From Candidatus Hydrothermarchaeum profundi (GTDB taxonomy: Archaea; Hydrothermarchaeota; Hydrothermarchaeia; Hydrothermarchaeales; Hydrothermarchaeaceae), in contig MTMF02000009.1 in assembly GCA_002011125.2 (NCBI GenBank), positions 579,095 to 643,094 on the forward strand: a stretch of DNA of 64,000 nt, read 5' to 3'. The notes below the pieces were generated by a model, which did not search any database, was not told where the DNA came from, and saw only the letters and a program-made list of their open reading frames with translations. Both the position numbers and the translations under genes were made by a program. This document shows positions 62,350-64,000 of this stretch, piece after piece; the stretch's first letter is position 1, and each line of letters starts with the position of its first letter.

Positions 62350-63784
62350 GGAAGTCTACGATATAGCGGAAGAGTTAGGATACCCCTGTGTTATACCTCT
62401 TGTTAAGACCATAAAAAAAATTAGATTAAAGCCTACTGATGTATATGCTTCTCTAAAAGACAGTGATTATTCATTCTTGCTAGAATCAGCGATCGTAGGA
62501 GAAAAAGTTGCAAGATACTCTTTTCTGGGAAAGGAGCCTTTGGATGTTATTAAAATTAAAGATGGAGTATTGTATACCAATAAAGACAAAAGGGTATTTT
62601 CAAATCCAATAGAACTGCTCAGAAAATTCATAGCTCGGTATAATGTCTACGAGAATAGACTACCCCGCTTTTTTGGGGGGCTTTTAGGCTATTTTTCTTA
62701 TGATTTCATAAGATATTTTGAGGAAATTGGAAATTCTTCTAAACCAGATTTAATAAACGACGCCGAGTTCATGTTTGTAAAGGATTTAATAGTGTTCGAT
62801 CACTGGAGGGATGAGATTCTATTGATTTCAAATCTACTAATAGAGGAGGAAAGGGAAATAAGGCCTAAATTCAAAATAGCTCAAGAAATAATAAGAGAGC
62901 TACAGCAAATAGTAGGAGTTTCTAAGCCCTATAAAATAGAATTTAACGGCCAGGAAGTAGATGTAGAAAGCAATTTCAAAAAGGAAGAGTTTGAAGATGC
63001 AGTATATAAAGCAAAAGAATATATTTACGCTGGAGATATCTTTCAAGTCGTTCTTTCTCAAAGATTTTCATGTAAGACAGATGCTGACCCTTTCCATGTA
63101 TACTTGGCTTTAAAGGAGATAAATCCTTCGCCTTATATGTACTTTCTCAAATTTGGTGATTTGAATATTATAGGTTCTAGCCCTGAGATCCTTGTGAAGA
63201 CAGAAAGGTCTAAAGTCATCCTGAGGCCTATAGCAGGTACAAGACCTAGGGGGAGGGATATAGTTGAAGATGAAGCGTTAGGAAGGGAGATGGTAAATGA
63301 TCCTAAAGAGAGGGCAGAACATGTTATGCTAGTGGACTTGGGTAGAAATGACATCGGCAAAGTCTCGAAATTTGGAACTGTGCATGTGAATGAGTTCATG
63401 GCTATTGAGAAGTATTCTCATGTGCAGCATATAGTTAGTAATGTGGTAGGCGAGTTGAGAGAGGGTATGGATTCTTACGACGCCCTACAAGCCACTTTTC
63501 CAGCAGGAACAGTGAGTGGGGCTCCAAAGATTAGGGCGATGCAAATAATAGAGGAGCTGGAGCCAGTGAGACGGGGTATCTATGCGGGTGCAGTGGGATA
63601 TTTTTCATTTAATGGAGATATGGATTTCGCAATCACAATACGTACAATAGTTATGTACGGCAAGGATGCACAGGTACAAGTAGGGGCAGGAATAGTAGTG
63701 GACTCGAATCCTGAAAGAGAATATCAGGAGACGGTTAACAAAGGAAAAGCTATGTTAAAAGCTATAGAGATGGTGAACAAATGA
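62336..63784 (+). CDS. trpE: anthranilate synthase component I
   Basis: LLES, GDIFQVVLS, NPSPYM, SSPE, PIAGT, KERAEH.MLVDLGRND, FPAGTVSGAPK. Confidence 0.96.
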   Translation: MFALEEVYDIAEELGYPCVIPLVKTIKKIRLKPTDVYASLKDSDYSFLLESAIVGEKVARYSFLGKEPLDVIKIKDGVLYTNKDKRVFSNPIELLRKFIARYNVYENRLPRFFGGLLGYFSYDFIRYFEEIGNSSKPDLINDAEFMFVKDLIVFDHWRDEILLISNLLIEEEREIRPKFKIAQEIIRELQQIVGVSKPYKIEFNGQEVDVESNFKKEEFEDAVYKAKEYIYAGDIFQVVLSQRFSCKTDADPFHVYLALKEINPSPYMYFLKFGDLNIIGSSPEILVKTERSKVILRPIAGTRPRGRDIVEDEALGREMVNDPKERAEHVMLVDLGRNDIGKVSKFGTVHVNEFMAIEKYSHVQHIVSNVVGELREGMDSYDALQATFPAGTVSGAPKIRAMQIIEELEPVRRGIYAGAVGYFSFNGDMDFAITIRTIVMYGKDAQVQVGAGIVVDSNPEREYQETVNKGKAMLKAIEMVNK

Positions 63785-64000
63785 AAGTTCTAATTATCGA
63801 TAACATGGACTCATTTGTTTATAATCTGTATCAGTATATTGGGGAACTTGGAGCAGATGTAGAGGTAAGGAGAAATCACATAACGATTGAGGAAGTATTT
63901 AGAATTGACCCTGATAAAATAATAATAAGTCCCGGACCTGGAGTGCCTGAAAAAGCAGGAAGTAGTGTTGGAATAGTGAGAAGGTTTGGCCAAAATACGC
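63781..64000 (+). CDS. trpG: anthranilate synthase component II, partial
   Basis: Manual translation MKVLIIDNMDSFVYNLYQYIGELG...IIISPGPG; runs off window end. Confidence 0.95.
   Translation, partial: MKVLIIDNMDSFVYNLYQYIGELGADVEVRRNHITIEEVFRIDPDKIIISPGPGVPEKAGSSVGIVRRFGQNT

Overview
This is a gene-dense, AT-rich chromosomal segment of an anaerobic euryarchaeote-type archaeon. The gene set (fwd, hdrA-mvhD, SepCysS, MCM, rpS8e, Cgi121) is methanogen-like, but no mcr or mtr genes lie in the window; a Hydrothermarchaeota- or Methanomada-related lineage is an inference only. Housekeeping blocks: NAD de novo plus salvage genes, fwdFGDBAC, thi4, mtnA/mtnP, glyA, gatCAB, sirC-hemA-hemB-hemL-hemC, hdrA-mvhD, mcm-rpa-nmd3, ahcY, trpC-trpE-trpG. 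No tRNA, rRNA, CRISPR array or intact mobile element was seen. Most interesting signals: (1) a seven-gene operon at 2.3-7.5 kb joining a threonine-synthase-like PLP enzyme, a ubiquitin-like Gly-Gly sulfur carrier, an E1 enzyme, TusA, two Cys-rich proteins and a divergent SepCysS, possibly one sulfur relay making both homocysteine and Cys-tRNA from O-phospho-amino acids; (2) a TFE-alpha-like paralog divergent from an RHH-KaiC ATPase across a 13-bp direct-repeat operator, near a membrane DUF835-like protein; (3) an FwdG fused to a winged-helix-like domain; (4) clear operator-like sites upstream of trpC and thi4, and an ORB-like box upstream of mcm. All family assignments are from motif recognition by eye, not database searches.
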